A stretch of DNA of 64,000 nucleotides from contig OZ260661.1 in assembly GCA_965285935.1 (NCBI GenBank), positions 64,480,001 to 64,544,000 of the forward strand, read 5' to 3'. A model generated the notes under the pieces. The model did no database searches. It was given only the letters and a program-made list of their open reading frames with translations, and had not been told where the DNA came from. The stretch is from Ophelia neglecta (taxonomy: Eukaryota). This document shows positions 27,700-39,058 of this stretch, piece after piece. A program made the position numbers and the translations under genes. Numbering within the stretch: the stretch's first letter is position 1; each line of letters begins with the position of its first letter.

Positions 27700-28330
27700 G
27701 AGGTATAGTCTTTATACACCATGCTTATGGAAGCGCTCAAGCTTAAGATTTAAATAAGATTGTATTGTATTTGTGTCCCATACAATAGAGCATTTATCAA
27801 ACTGTGATTGGAGGTAGCTACGAAAGATAAGCTTCCTAGTCCCTTGGTCGATGTATCGGCTCAACCGGGCAAGAGAACTCAAAGTCCGTTCGCCATGTTT
27901 GCAGATGTTTTGCACATGTTTGGTGAAATAGCGTTGACTGTCAAAACGGATGCCTAGGAGATCAGCTCCAGAACTGGTTTTGAGCTGAATATAATTGAAA
28001 TGAAGTGTGGGAGCACAAGAGGTTTGGCTCTCAAAAATGACACATTGATTTTTTTCCGGGTTTGCCTTCATTGAGTTTGAATTGACCCAATCAATGGCGA
28101 TGTTAGCTTCCTGTTCCAGAGTATGGGCTTCCAGGTCTTTGCTCTCCTCAGCAATTGTGATGGTATTGTCATCAGCATAGTTATGAGGGTAGATGCTTTC
28201 TTCATGAAGAATTGAATGAAGTGGCCCGAGTACGTAGCCTTGTGGGACACCTTCCAGTATGTGCTGCCAGTCCCCAAGAACACCTTAACTTAACTGTCTG
28301 CTCACTGTTCCGAAGATAGCTAGCCATGAT
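27700..28330 (-). mobile_element. Decayed non-LTR retrotransposon (CR1/L2-group LINE) reverse transcriptase fragment
   Basis: Minus strand: SYLRNSEQTV, GVPQGYVLGP (GVPQG at 28237-28251), YADD (28168-28179), then MKANPEK..LLGIRFDSQRYFTKHVQNICK..LARL..CSIVW (ORF 27712-28071); frameshifted. Confidence 0.9.
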
Positions 28331-29733
28331 AGTTGAATTGGTTTGTACATTTAGTCACAACTATAATTCTTCAGTTTCTCCAATCTACAAGCATGACCAA
28401 AGGGAGAATAAGCCTTCTATTAAATTCAGGCTACGGGACGTTTCCGTAAACTCAGTGGCAAAGTTGACAAGTTCCTGCAAGTTACTTTTTGAAAAAGAAA
28501 GTCTGCATGCAAACTGGCATGTTGGGAATTCCCTCCCCCCCCCCATATGTAAGTTTTTCTTTCATTTCTTCTGCTCCAAGTATATATTATATATGTCTTG
28601 ACCTATAAGGATACAAGTCATGTTTATCGAAAGCTATTATTTTCATATTTGATGATGGAATAAGTATCAATATCGTATAATGTACCAATGCCGTAAATAA
28701 AACGATCTTTCTAAGTACAACAATTTCAAAGAAAGAGAAGAAATATGAAACTCTATAAGTCTATTTCAAGTTAAGCTTTTTTTCCTTGACACCTTAACTG
28801 CCTGATTTCGCACTGGGTGCTTGTGGGACGCGCTGTAGGCCTACATGTACAAGTATCACTGGCGCCGGAACAGCATGTGTGAATACAATTATATCCTTCC
28901 CTTTTCTCAATACAATTCACCCGGAATGCGCATGGCCACCCACATTTGTGTTCTTTGATCGCCTGAAAACCTTTCTATAGGAATTGATAGCTTTGTATTG
29001 TGAGGTTTCGGTCGATGATTTCTTATCTTTTTTGGCTAAACACTGTTAAACGTTCGACATCCAAGAGTGATTAGATCGTCTGCTAAGATGTCTGTAATGA
29101 ATTTCAGTGGCATAAGCTGATTATGTAGCATTGTGTAGGATTAAATCAGATCGAGCCCTACTGTATATTTCTGAGATTGGGTCCATGGACTCTCGAATCT
29201 AAATATTGAGACTTTAGAACAATTATGTTTTATATCTTTCATATCAATGCCAGCGGGACTCTTGATTTCTTTTAAGCAAATACAAAGAACTCTAGGTCTA
29301 TAGGTCAGAAAAAACACAGCTTATTTCAAATGGCTAATTGATAAAGAAACGCTTCTGGTAATATTTTTCTCATCCGCGAATTGTACAGCCTAGCAACTAC
29401 TAAAATCCCATCCCTGATATGTACAGTTTCCCTTCCGCGAAATGTGCATACGTCATACGGCTCCATACAGTATTGTTTAGACGGCGAGGTGCCGGTTAGG
29501 TTCCGTTTACCCGACCCATGCATGTAAGACGTACCTAACAAAGATGTATCCATGCATACAATCCAACATATATAAGGATTTGTCGTAAAAATGGACCTTC
29601 CCATATAATGCTTTGGCAAAAAGGACACAAACATGTAAGGGATTTGTCGAGAAAGGGCCCATGCATGTAAATTACAGCTCTGAAAAACCCACCTGTGTAA
29701 GCGGCAGTCTTGTATACCAAAATAATGGAGCTT

Positions 29734-29931
29734 NNNNNNNNNNNNNNNNNNNNNNNNNNNNNNNNNNNNNNNNNNNNNNNNNNNNNNNNNNNNNNNNNNN
29801 NNNNNNNNNNNNNNNNNNNNNNNNNNNNNNNNNNNNNNNNNNNNNNNNNNNNNNNNNNNNNNNNNNNNNNNNNNNNNNNNNNNNNNNNNNNNNNNNNNNN
29901 NNNNNNNNNNNNNNNNNNNNNNNNNNNNNNN
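29734..29931. other. Assembly gap (198 N)
   Basis: Run of N; the ORFs spanning it are artefacts. Confidence 1.
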
Positions 29932-30329
29932 CTGGATGACACTCGTCTATCACCAATTAATAAGCTGGGATACACCTCCGGGAAAGGAACTCGAGGGTAT
30001 TTGAAAGAGGATTCTCATATCTAAAATCAACTTGGGTACTGTTTTCAAATTCATAAATCCAAAACGGTTGGCACATTAATATTAGATAAACGCTCTATTA
30101 GATATACATATCCACCTAATGGGGAAATAGCCTATATATTGTCTGGGATTGTATGTATAGCCATGTTTAGGGCTTTGTGCTGGCATGAAGAATCACATGG
30201 CATAATGCTTTATCTGAGTACAGGGCCCTTTATTTTCATAAGCTCAATTTGACCACTATCATTTATAATTACCTAATTGATCCCCCTTGTTTGCTGTGCC
30301 GAACCTACCCCGAGTACTGTATACAACTA

Positions 30330-30507
30330 CAGTGAAACCTGTGAATTAAAACCACCTGATGGACTGGAAAATGCTGCTCTGCTTATGGAGTTGGTCTGTT
30401 TATACAGGTTATTTTACATTGAAAGTACATCCTGTGGTTTTCATGCTAGTGGTCTGAATTGGCAGGTGGTCTGAATATAGAGGTGGTCTTTCAGGCAGGT
30501 TTCACTG
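30330..30507 (+). mobile_element. MITE family A copy 2 (178 bp)
   Basis: TA|CAGTGAAACCTG...CAGGTTTCACTG|TA; perfect 12-bp TIR and TA TSD. Confidence 0.92.
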
Positions 30508-31858
30508 TACTTAGATTGGTTGAGGGACAGTAGGAGAACCCTCACTGCAGTTGAACATCACCTGCTTCATAACCGTAAACACTTCCGGGAAGGACAGTGC
30601 GGCTGCGCGTTTGTAAAGTTAAACGCCCAAACGTCCAGAAAGTGATTTACGCGGCGTACGTACGTAGCGTAACCTACGTCGTAAACTACTTAAACTAAGT
30701 ATAAAAGGAAACGAAGTTGTCAGAAGTTCATAAATTAGCTAACAATCTTAGGAAAAAGATGAAGCTTTCTGAACTTCAGCTCTCAATATGATTATCGAAT
30801 GCATCCTTGACATAGCGTATATTTGTACTTCGCAAACTCTGGAAATTAGGATAAAAAGAGTAAAGGGGAATGTACAGAGTTTATGTTCCTTTTCAGAGCT
30901 TACTAGTATAGTCCCGTACGCCATTGATGTATCGTAAATTAACATCGCAAACTCTGGAAACTCTAGATAAATACGTAAAGGAAAATAGACAGAGAGTCTA
31001 TGTGTAGTTCTAGAGATAACTACATAGGATAGTTCCGTAAGTCTTGGACGTAGGGTTGTGGTACGTATTAATTCTGAAAACTCTAGATATGAACTAGTCC
31101 CAAAGGAGACTGTACAAAGGGTATGGTCGATCTCAACAAGCCAATGACGTTTTGGACCGAACCAAAAATACACGTCATTCGAAAATTAGTCGCAAACTAT
31201 CGAAAGACCATTTTCGTAAGGTTGCGGAAGTTTGTACTTTAAATCTGTCCAGGCAATACAGTACAGTTACAGATGTGAAGGTGAGAATTGTGCCTGAATT
31301 GTGTCTGTCCCAATTAGTATAGAATTAACACATCCATTAATTTTGATTTGGCCTACCTGTTAATAAGCAGTAATTAAACTTAAGCCATGCCGGCACCTTG
31401 CTGATTACCTAATTCTACAAGGCGATGAAATCATCACATTTGATTAGAAAAACCAGGCATTGTTTCTATTCTGAGAACATACCAATTACGCCCGCGGTCA
31501 AAATGGGTAATTATCCTGATAATGTCGTCCATAAATTAGGTTGTACATTGGAGATGGACGCGCTAATCACTTACTGTAGACTGTTTGGGTAACAAGGGGT
31601 AAGACACCCCCCCCCCCCAACATATATTTCTCTATACGGACCTATATGAATTGTGTTTCAAGATTTTGTTTCTCTTTAATAAAACGTTTTGTGAAAAGTC
31701 CATTTGTTATTCGTTAACACCAATAATGAAATTCGTATTGAATAAAATTGAACTAACTAGGAATAGATAAATATTAAAAAAAGTCCGCCTCGTATTTTGG
31801 GGCAAATGGCCCTTGGGCCTTCTACCCCGATTATGCCATGGTCGCCAATCCCAATAAT

Positions 31859-32341
31859 CACAATGTAGGTAGTGATGACCGTACATGTCATCGTCATGGC
31901 GGCTAGTGACTTTTATAGGTAATCAACACACATCTATTAAGTCATTATCAGCATTTGAATTACACCTTTAAAATTGCGGAATAGAAGATAATGGCAACTC
32001 GTTACCTAAGCAGCATTTAATACTGAACAATTACACTGCTATACGTCGTGCAGCATCATAGGAAACTGACACGATGATCGTACAGGTCAAAACGCCTTTC
32101 ACGATCATCTAAACAAACTGTACGGTCATAATACCATTTCTATTATGCTACAAAATGGCAGTGAACAGGGGTTTGGCTTATCTCAAACAGATACACTATC
32201 ATATAGAGTTAGAAATCCTTATTGAAGGTTTCGTTGAAAATAGAGACTGATTTAAGGGCTGGAAAAGACTTCCCTAACAACCCATCTGAAGCCATAACGA
32301 TGACCGTATTTCACTGTACGGTCATCACTACCTACACTGTG
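31859..32341. mobile_element. Non-autonomous CAC-ended DNA transposon (CMC group: CACTA/Chapaev/Transib-like), 483 bp
   Basis: 27-bp TIR CACA(A/G)TGTAGGTAGTGATGACCGTACA (26/27), AAT on both flanks (3-bp TSD), internal copies of the GATGA(C/T)CGTA motif in both orientations (about 32073, 32119, 32299). Confidence 0.85.
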
Positions 32342-32889
32342 AATAACGGGACCTTTTTACCCCAGATCTAATGGCTCTGTCAATATGTAGGCGTTCTTAA
32401 TGTGGTTTACAATGAAGATGAGCAGGAATGGACGTGTATTTGACATATTGGTCTCGGTAAACATCTCGACTAAAGCCGGTCTCCGATAACGGTCCCGGGC
32501 TAAATAGTCACATGGAAAAAGGACAAAGTGCATGGTTTTATATTCTACAACTGTGATCCTATTCTAATAAGATAGGCCTATATAACTTTATATGTGGCAA
32601 AGCAGCGGATGGATATCAATTGAACTCCGAAATTGGTATGAATCATCAATTGATATAGAAATATCCTAAGGGGTAAAAGGCCCCATGGAGCTATGGAAAA
32701 AGAGGCGTAGTGTGATAAGAGGCCCCCTTGGACCTTTCGACACTAATGGGGGGGGGGGGGGTATGACATATGTTGTTCAAAATTAATTGTTTATTTCTAT
32801 CACAAAGTTGGAATCTATTTCGACAATAAATAGGTTTTTTTACTTGTATAACGTGCGAAATCAGATATATAGGGAGGAAATACAATCAG

Positions 32890-33044
32890 CAAACCCTGGC
32901 TTAAACAACTCTGGTTTCAACAACCCCTGGCTTCAACAACCCCTGGCTTAAACAACCCTGGCTGCACCAACCCCTAGCTTCAACAACCCCTGGCTTCAAC
33001 AACCCCTGGCTTAAACAACCCCTGGCTTAAACAACCCCTGGCTT
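32890..33044. repeat. 16-bp minisatellite, about 10 copies
   Basis: Unit CAACCCCTGGCTT(C/A)AA read directly. Confidence 0.95.
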
Positions 33045-33251
33045 CGGCGCGTGAAGTATGCTAAGGCTGTTTTTTCGAAGCAAACTCCGACATAATTATG
33101 ATGCCAACAGCACACGTACAGCGATTCCAAACCGCTGCATTTCGGAAACCATGAGTTTTATGTAGAGGGGCCTCCTATACCCATGAGGGTCATACACACC
33201 ATGCTGCCATACTCCTCGAACAGGGGCAAACACTTCTAACTAGCCTATATA

Positions 33252-33427
33252 CAGTGGTCCCTGCGATGTAGGGCCCCTCCGATGAAGGACCACCTGCGAT
33301 GACTGGACAGTTTTTGAATACCCACGTGCTATCTTTTCCATGTTAAGGTACCTCCGATGAAGGTCCACCTGCAATGTAGGGCCACTTTTCCTGGGATTGA
33401 GGGGTGGCCCTACATCGCAGGGAAGTG
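33252..33427 (+). mobile_element. MITE family B copy 1 (Tc1/mariner-pogo type)
   Basis: TA|CAGTGGTCCCTGCGATGTAGGGCC...GGCCCTACATCGCAGGGAAGTG|TA; internal CCTGCGATG/CCTCCGATGAAGG repeats; homologous to the copy at 62650. Confidence 0.85.
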
Positions 33428-34927
33428 TAGAAATCCCGCGCCAGCAAGTCATATCATATTCAATACAAATGATTTATACTTAACTTATATTTACTACATA
33501 AACTGGTAGACTGAGAGGACTATCCGAGAAACTGGCTTTGACACCATTCAGGTATCTTTAGTGTATCGCCATTTTGACATAACGATGAAAGTTATCGACA
33601 TCTCAAGGCTGATTGGTACATTATCGCCGATAAGGGCGCCTATCAAATGACAGATATTTTATTCTTTGGTCAATGTTTGGAGTTGAGGTTTGTAATGAAG
33701 CCGAGCAGATCGATGGTCGAGACAGACGACAGCTCGGCCTTTCGATGAACCGCCAAGCCTTAGCTGTCATCTGGAGAATCGACATTTAGGAAATTAGTAA
33801 TTCTAATTTCCTAAGAGTTGCGTTTGTGTCCCTAGTTTGCCAATAGCACGTTATGAGAAGTTCATGCATGCCAAAAACCTATATTGATACTTTTTACTGT
33901 TTCGTGGCAAGACTATCGGCTTTTGATCCATGGAATATTGGCGTGGAGTATGCCTTAGATATTTTGCCCAATGTCCACCCAGAAAGCCATGCTTGACGCT
34001 CAACAACCTTCCATGGCATTCCGTGAGTAATTCTCGGCAGCGCGGAGATTGCGAGGTAAATATTGGCACAGCGACTAGCTGTCAGAACGCCGAACTGAGG
34101 CAGCGGCACTCGCCCCGCCAACTCTCACTGACAGCCAACTAGCGGCTAGAAACTATCAGAAACTACAAGCAGTGTTTTAGATTATCAGCCTGTTTAATAT
34201 ATTTAAAGGCTTAGGCAAATGGAATAAACCAAGTTTTGATAAGATCACCAGTCGTGGGAACACCCGGTACAAGATCATTCAAAGGCTTTCTGTCATGTAC
34301 CGTGTAGACTAGATAATAAGAATTATGGTAGAATCTCGCACGGAAATATTTATGGAGGAAACGGTATGGTAGGTTTTCAGCTTACATTAAGACCTAAGAA
34401 TCAACGTTTCTGTTATTTCTATTTGATAATGATTTGGGTCTGTTTTTGCGTGAGAAATGTTGCTATAGAATTTCGTTTTTAACTTCGCGTAGCTCACGCA
34501 CGTCCGATTGAGTTATACGGCGTGTGGTGGTTCTCCGTGTCGGGTCGTTCTCCAGGTGCGGCTCTCCGAGGCTGTCTTGATCTAATACATGTGTATGGCT
34601 TGTGATCAATGAAATGAAATTGACTAACCACTTCTTGAATGTTTGCCCCTCGACAGCGTTTTAACATTTTGCACTTTCTTGTTTGATCGAGTCACATTTG
34701 AGTGTTCATTTAAATGAATCTCGTTAAAACGTCGATTTTGTCGTATGTAATACGCATGGCGAGTTAAGATTGTTGAATGGGCTTAGAAATATATTGATTC
34801 AGTTCAGTTTTTCCTTCAGTGTGAAGGGTATGGATTGTTGTCTTTAATTGTGCATGCAAGTGTTGTAAAAACATGTTTATTTTATTGGGATAAAGGCTTT
34901 TGTTCTGATTAACTCTTCAGGTATTGT

Positions 34928-34929
<2 letters not shown>

Positions 34930-34965
<36 letters not shown>
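34930..34965. repeat. (AT)n microsatellite
   Basis: About 18 AT units. Confidence 0.98.
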
Positions 34966-34969
<4 letters not shown>

Positions 34970-35835
34970 AACCTAGATTTTTGGTTCTTACTAAAACCAC
35001 ATCGATCATATATTAATATATATTGGTCTTTTTCTATTAAGCTGTTAAATATAATTTTAACTGCAAAAAGGATACATAGGGTAACATGGGGTAAAAGTCC
35101 CTTTTAAGAAAACGTCTCTGTTCGGACTTAAATGTGATTTATTTTTTACTTTATTCTTATTTTAATAGTTCATTTTCCATGTTGGTTCTTCTTAAAATCA
35201 TGCTTTTTTATTGAATAATATTTAACACGGGGCTTAAAGTGCCCCCCTCTTATTTCAGTGGGGCCAAAAGGCCCATCTCGTATGCCAATAATAATACACT
35301 ACAGGTCGAGTGATTACTTTTAAATTACTCTAAAATTATACATAAAATGGTTTGCACTATCGTATAGTGGGGATGGAAGTGTGTTGAACATACTTGTCAC
35401 GGACAATGGCTCCGAACAAACTCGGTCTCGGAAAAAAAGTCACTGACAACAATAAATAGAATTACTGGAACACCGTGGATGACCACGAAAAAAGTATAAG
35501 AATTACATTGTGGTAGAAGCAAATGAATTATGTTCGTTAACTGTAGGAACCAGCCACAGGAAATGCATTTGGGCCAGAAGATACCAAGAGTTTAAATTGG
35601 TGCATTTCATGTCAGTCCTTATGGCATTAAATTGTCGGATAGTGTCTAACACTATGGCTTCACCCCTGTTATCGTATTGATAGAGAGCGCTAATCTCAAT
35701 GTGATTATTGCACCATCAAGAATTGGGGGTGGGGGGGGGGGGTTGGGGGCGGACATGAAGGGACATTCATTGATGGAGATGTGGCTTGGGACGCTGTTTT
35801 CAATCCAGGGAGGTTATTCCCTCATTTCCAAAGAC

Positions 35836-36252
35836 ACTGCCTTCCGAGCCCATTTCCTTCTCACTACCTACAGAGCCTATAGCCTATAGAGACTTCTGCC
35901 TTCAGAGCCCATTTCCTTCAGAGCCCACTTCCTTACCACAGCCTCCAGAGCCCACTTCCTTCAGAGCCCACTTCCTAACCACAGCCTTCAGAGCCCACTT
36001 CCTTCAGAGCCCACTTCCTTACCACAGCCTCCAGAGCCCACTTCCTTCAGAGCCCACTTCCTTACCACAGCCTCCAGAGCCCACTTCGTTCAGAGCCCAC
36101 TTCCTTACCACAGCCTCCAGAGCCCACTTCCTTCAGAGCCCACTTCCTAACCACAGCCTTCAGTGCCCACTTCGTTCAGAGCCCACTTCCTTACCAAAGC
36201 CTTCAGTGGCCATTTCCTTCACAGTCCACTGTCTGAAGAGCCAACTTCCTTC
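35836..36252. repeat. Compound minisatellite, 43-bp unit (2 x CAGAGCCCACTTCCTT + ACCACAGCCTC)
   Basis: Read directly; the repetitive ORF 35786-36334 is a by-product. Confidence 0.95.
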
Positions 36253-36880
36253 AATGTACACTTTATTCAGTGCATGCCTCCTTCAGCCTATATACGCTTC
36301 TTTAAAGTGCGTTGACTTCATAGGGTACTTGTAAATATCGGTGGCCTTCTTTCCTAGCACATAGGCCTATGTCATAGCGCGCTTGCTTCAGATCCTGATT
36401 TCTTCACATCACAGAGTGATTCCTTCGGCGCAAGATGAGTACAGATTATGTTTCCTCTGCAGCACGTTCATATTGTGACCCAAATTCTTTTTTCATATTT
36501 CATTTATATCTCATGCCTCGAACCCTGCGATGCCGTGGGGGTTTTTCCCTTCAGGCGCTACCGCGCAGACGCGCTTACTTTGGTTGCGTTTCTTCAGGGA
36601 GCCCTCTTGGGGCGCACGCTTCTAGTAGGGAGAGTCACACCCCTTATAACTATAGCTAGGGGTAAAGGATTTTGTTTCTGTTGACAGGGTTGGGAAGGAT
36701 ATAACCGAAAAGGATGGTATTGGGGAGGGGTGGGGATCCCGGGGGTGGGGGTGGGGGGTTGCTTTTCAAAAACATAACCACTAACTTTGTTTGCTGTTTG
36801 TTTTGACTGGCTTTACTCTGGCCATATAAGTAAAAAACCTACATTCATAAACCGCAGATCATGTACGTCTTAAAACGAGT

Positions 36881-36914
36881 TTGACTAATATTTTTTTTTG
36901 TTTTGTCTTTACAG
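36881..36914 (+). promoter_or_regulatory. 3' splice site (branch point, polypyrimidine tract, CAG) of the first coding exon of the receptor
   Basis: TGACTAAT branch-point-like motif, T-rich tract, TTTACAG| ending at 36914, 34 nt before the ATG. Implies upstream non-coding exon(s). Confidence 0.85.
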
Positions 36915-36948
36915 AACGTAATTACAGCAATTTAATGCAAGGAGAACG

Positions 36949-39058
36949 ATGGGTGCTTATACTCTCCCCTCCAGAGGACTGGCCAATTTGACCGCAATTT
37001 TTGGAGGTACAAATTTAACCGAAAATGTGGCGTCGGGGTTGAGCGAGGCACCACCGGATAATGATGTCACGTGGTATTATGATTTGACGAAATCGGCCAA
37101 TAATGGATCGAGCCCTAACGATTTCGTATCGCGTGTATCAAATAATATAACTATATTCTTGGCCAGGTCGTTTTCAACAGTCGCTGATTTTGTTCAGTAC
37201 AAACCGGAAGTGGCTGCAAGGAGTCTTTCCCCCGCTGCGTCACTTATCGCAGCCGAGGACTCCTGGGAAAATTCAACCGAATTGTCTCCGTGGAATTTTT
37301 CATGGTTAAACGACACCAATAGTACACTAGAGCCAGACGATCTAGTTAATCCTCATGCATTGTGGGAGATCATTATCATCTCAGTAGTTGTCACTCTACT
37401 CTCCATTCTTACTGCCGGTGGAAACCTGCTGGTGATCATTTCATTTAAATTGGATAAGCAACTACAGACCATAAGCAACTATTTTCTACTAAGTCTTTCA
37501 GTGGCAGATTTCGCTATCGGAGTGTTTTCTATGCCTCTGTATACCTTGTATTTATTGATGAAACGTTGGCCGCTAGGGCCCATCGTCTGTGATACCTGGT
37601 TATCAATGGATTACACCATGAGTAATGCGTCGGTAGCAAATCTTTTGGTTATAAGCTTTGATCGGTACTTATCGGTGACTAGGCCATTGACATATCGTGC
37701 CAATCGAACCCCACGTCGCGCCGGGATTATCATAGCATGTGCTTGGATTATTTCCATTGCCATGTGGACTCCATGGATTGTAGCATGGCCTTACATTGAG
37801 GGAGAACGGAAGGGGTCTCCAAACGAATGCCAGGTACAGTTTCTGACCACCAACCCCTATATAACTGTTATAACAGCAATGGCAGCATTCTATTTACCTG
37901 TCACTTTAATGTGTATATTGTATTTCAAGATCTATTTAGAAACAGAGAAGCGTCAAAAGGATTTGGTCAATTTACAAGCTGGTAAGAAATGCTATAAGAA
38001 AGGGGCCGATTCTGATGAGGAAGAAGTATACGTTAATCTCAACAGGGGGCGCCTCGATTCGTCCCCAGACGCGGAAGAGCTAGAGGCCGAGTTTCACCGC
38101 GCCCTCTCTCACCGACGTCGTTGGACACTATGGTACAAACTTAAAAACTGCTGTCGAATCGACAAGGATAATGACAATGACGATTCGAGCAGCAGCGGAG
38201 GGCCAGCGTCCCCTCATCATTATTCAGGCACCCCGTCTTCATCTCGTCATGGAAGCACCATTAAAAAAGACGGACATTACAATAACCACGTGCACAACGG
38301 AAAGTCGAATGGAAAGGACAAGAAAGGAAAGGTTGCAGACGACAGTGGCCTCTTGATTCCTTTGATAACGGTGGATCCAAATCGAGCAACACCTACGGAT
38401 TCTCCCTCAACGGACGTGACGGGCATGTCATTTAGTAGGCACACAAGTAACCTCTCTACCATCACAGAACGAAACCCTGGCTCGCCAGAGGAACTACAGG
38501 AAAACAATGTACCGTCAGCGAAAAGGAAAACACCCAATGAACGAAAGGAAGATATGTATACAATTTTGATCAAACTACCTGAAAGCACAACTGACCCTCA
38601 GGCCAAACCCTCCATTCAGATGATAGCGGAGGAGGACGAAGAAAACGACGAGGATCACGACGACGGTACCGACTCCCATCCCGAGGGAGAACATATCCCA
38701 ATGACACGCCGAATGTTGTCCAGCGGAGATAGTGAGGAAGAGACTCCCACAAGAACCCATCCGGATGCTGAAGCGGAGGAGGGCGACCCTAACTTCCCGT
38801 CGGTCGGGCGCAGGCTTACCCAGACGACGGACGTGCTTCGTCTGGCCATGCAGGCTCGCATCGCCGCTCGGTTAACTCAGCGGGTCAAAGCCCAAAGAGC
38901 CCACAGAAAACGCCAAGAGAAGAAACAGGAGAAAAAAGCAGCCAAAACTCTAAGTGCCATTCTCTTAGCATTTGTGATTACCTGGACACCGTACAATGTG
39001 TTTACTGTGATAATGGCCTTCTGTAGAACGTGCATAGACCCCACTCTGTATGCTATCG
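36949..39058 (+). CDS. mAChR-A: Muscarinic acetylcholine receptor, A-type (M1/M3/M5-like), coding exon 1: N-terminus, TM1-TM6, long ICL3, ECL3
   Basis: Muscarinic signatures: GNLLVIISF, LQTISNYFLLSLSVAD, CDTWLSMDY(D3.32)..SNASVANLLVISFDRY, TRPLTYR, TAMAAFYLPV..IYLETEKR, KKAAKTLSAILLAFVITWTPYN; 8 N-glycosylation sequons in the N-terminus. Ends at donor G|GTGAGT (intron starts 39059, phase 1). Confidence 0.97.

Noticed and set aside
29535-30024. ORFs containing X runs
   Set aside because: They stay open only because they cross the N gap.
33786-33814. Perfect 12-bp hairpin TTAGGAAATTAG-TAATT-CTAATTTCCTAA as a terminator or pre-miRNA
   Set aside because: A real dyad, but too short for a pre-miRNA, and intrinsic terminators do not apply to this eukaryotic locus.
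35786-36334. 182-aa Pro/Ser-rich ORF
   Set aside because: It is a translation of the 43-bp minisatellite cycling through frames; no ATG start and no domain.
38171-38861. Short overlapping or antisense ORFs inside the receptor exon
   Set aside because: Expected shadows of a GC-richer coding sequence; no independent signals.
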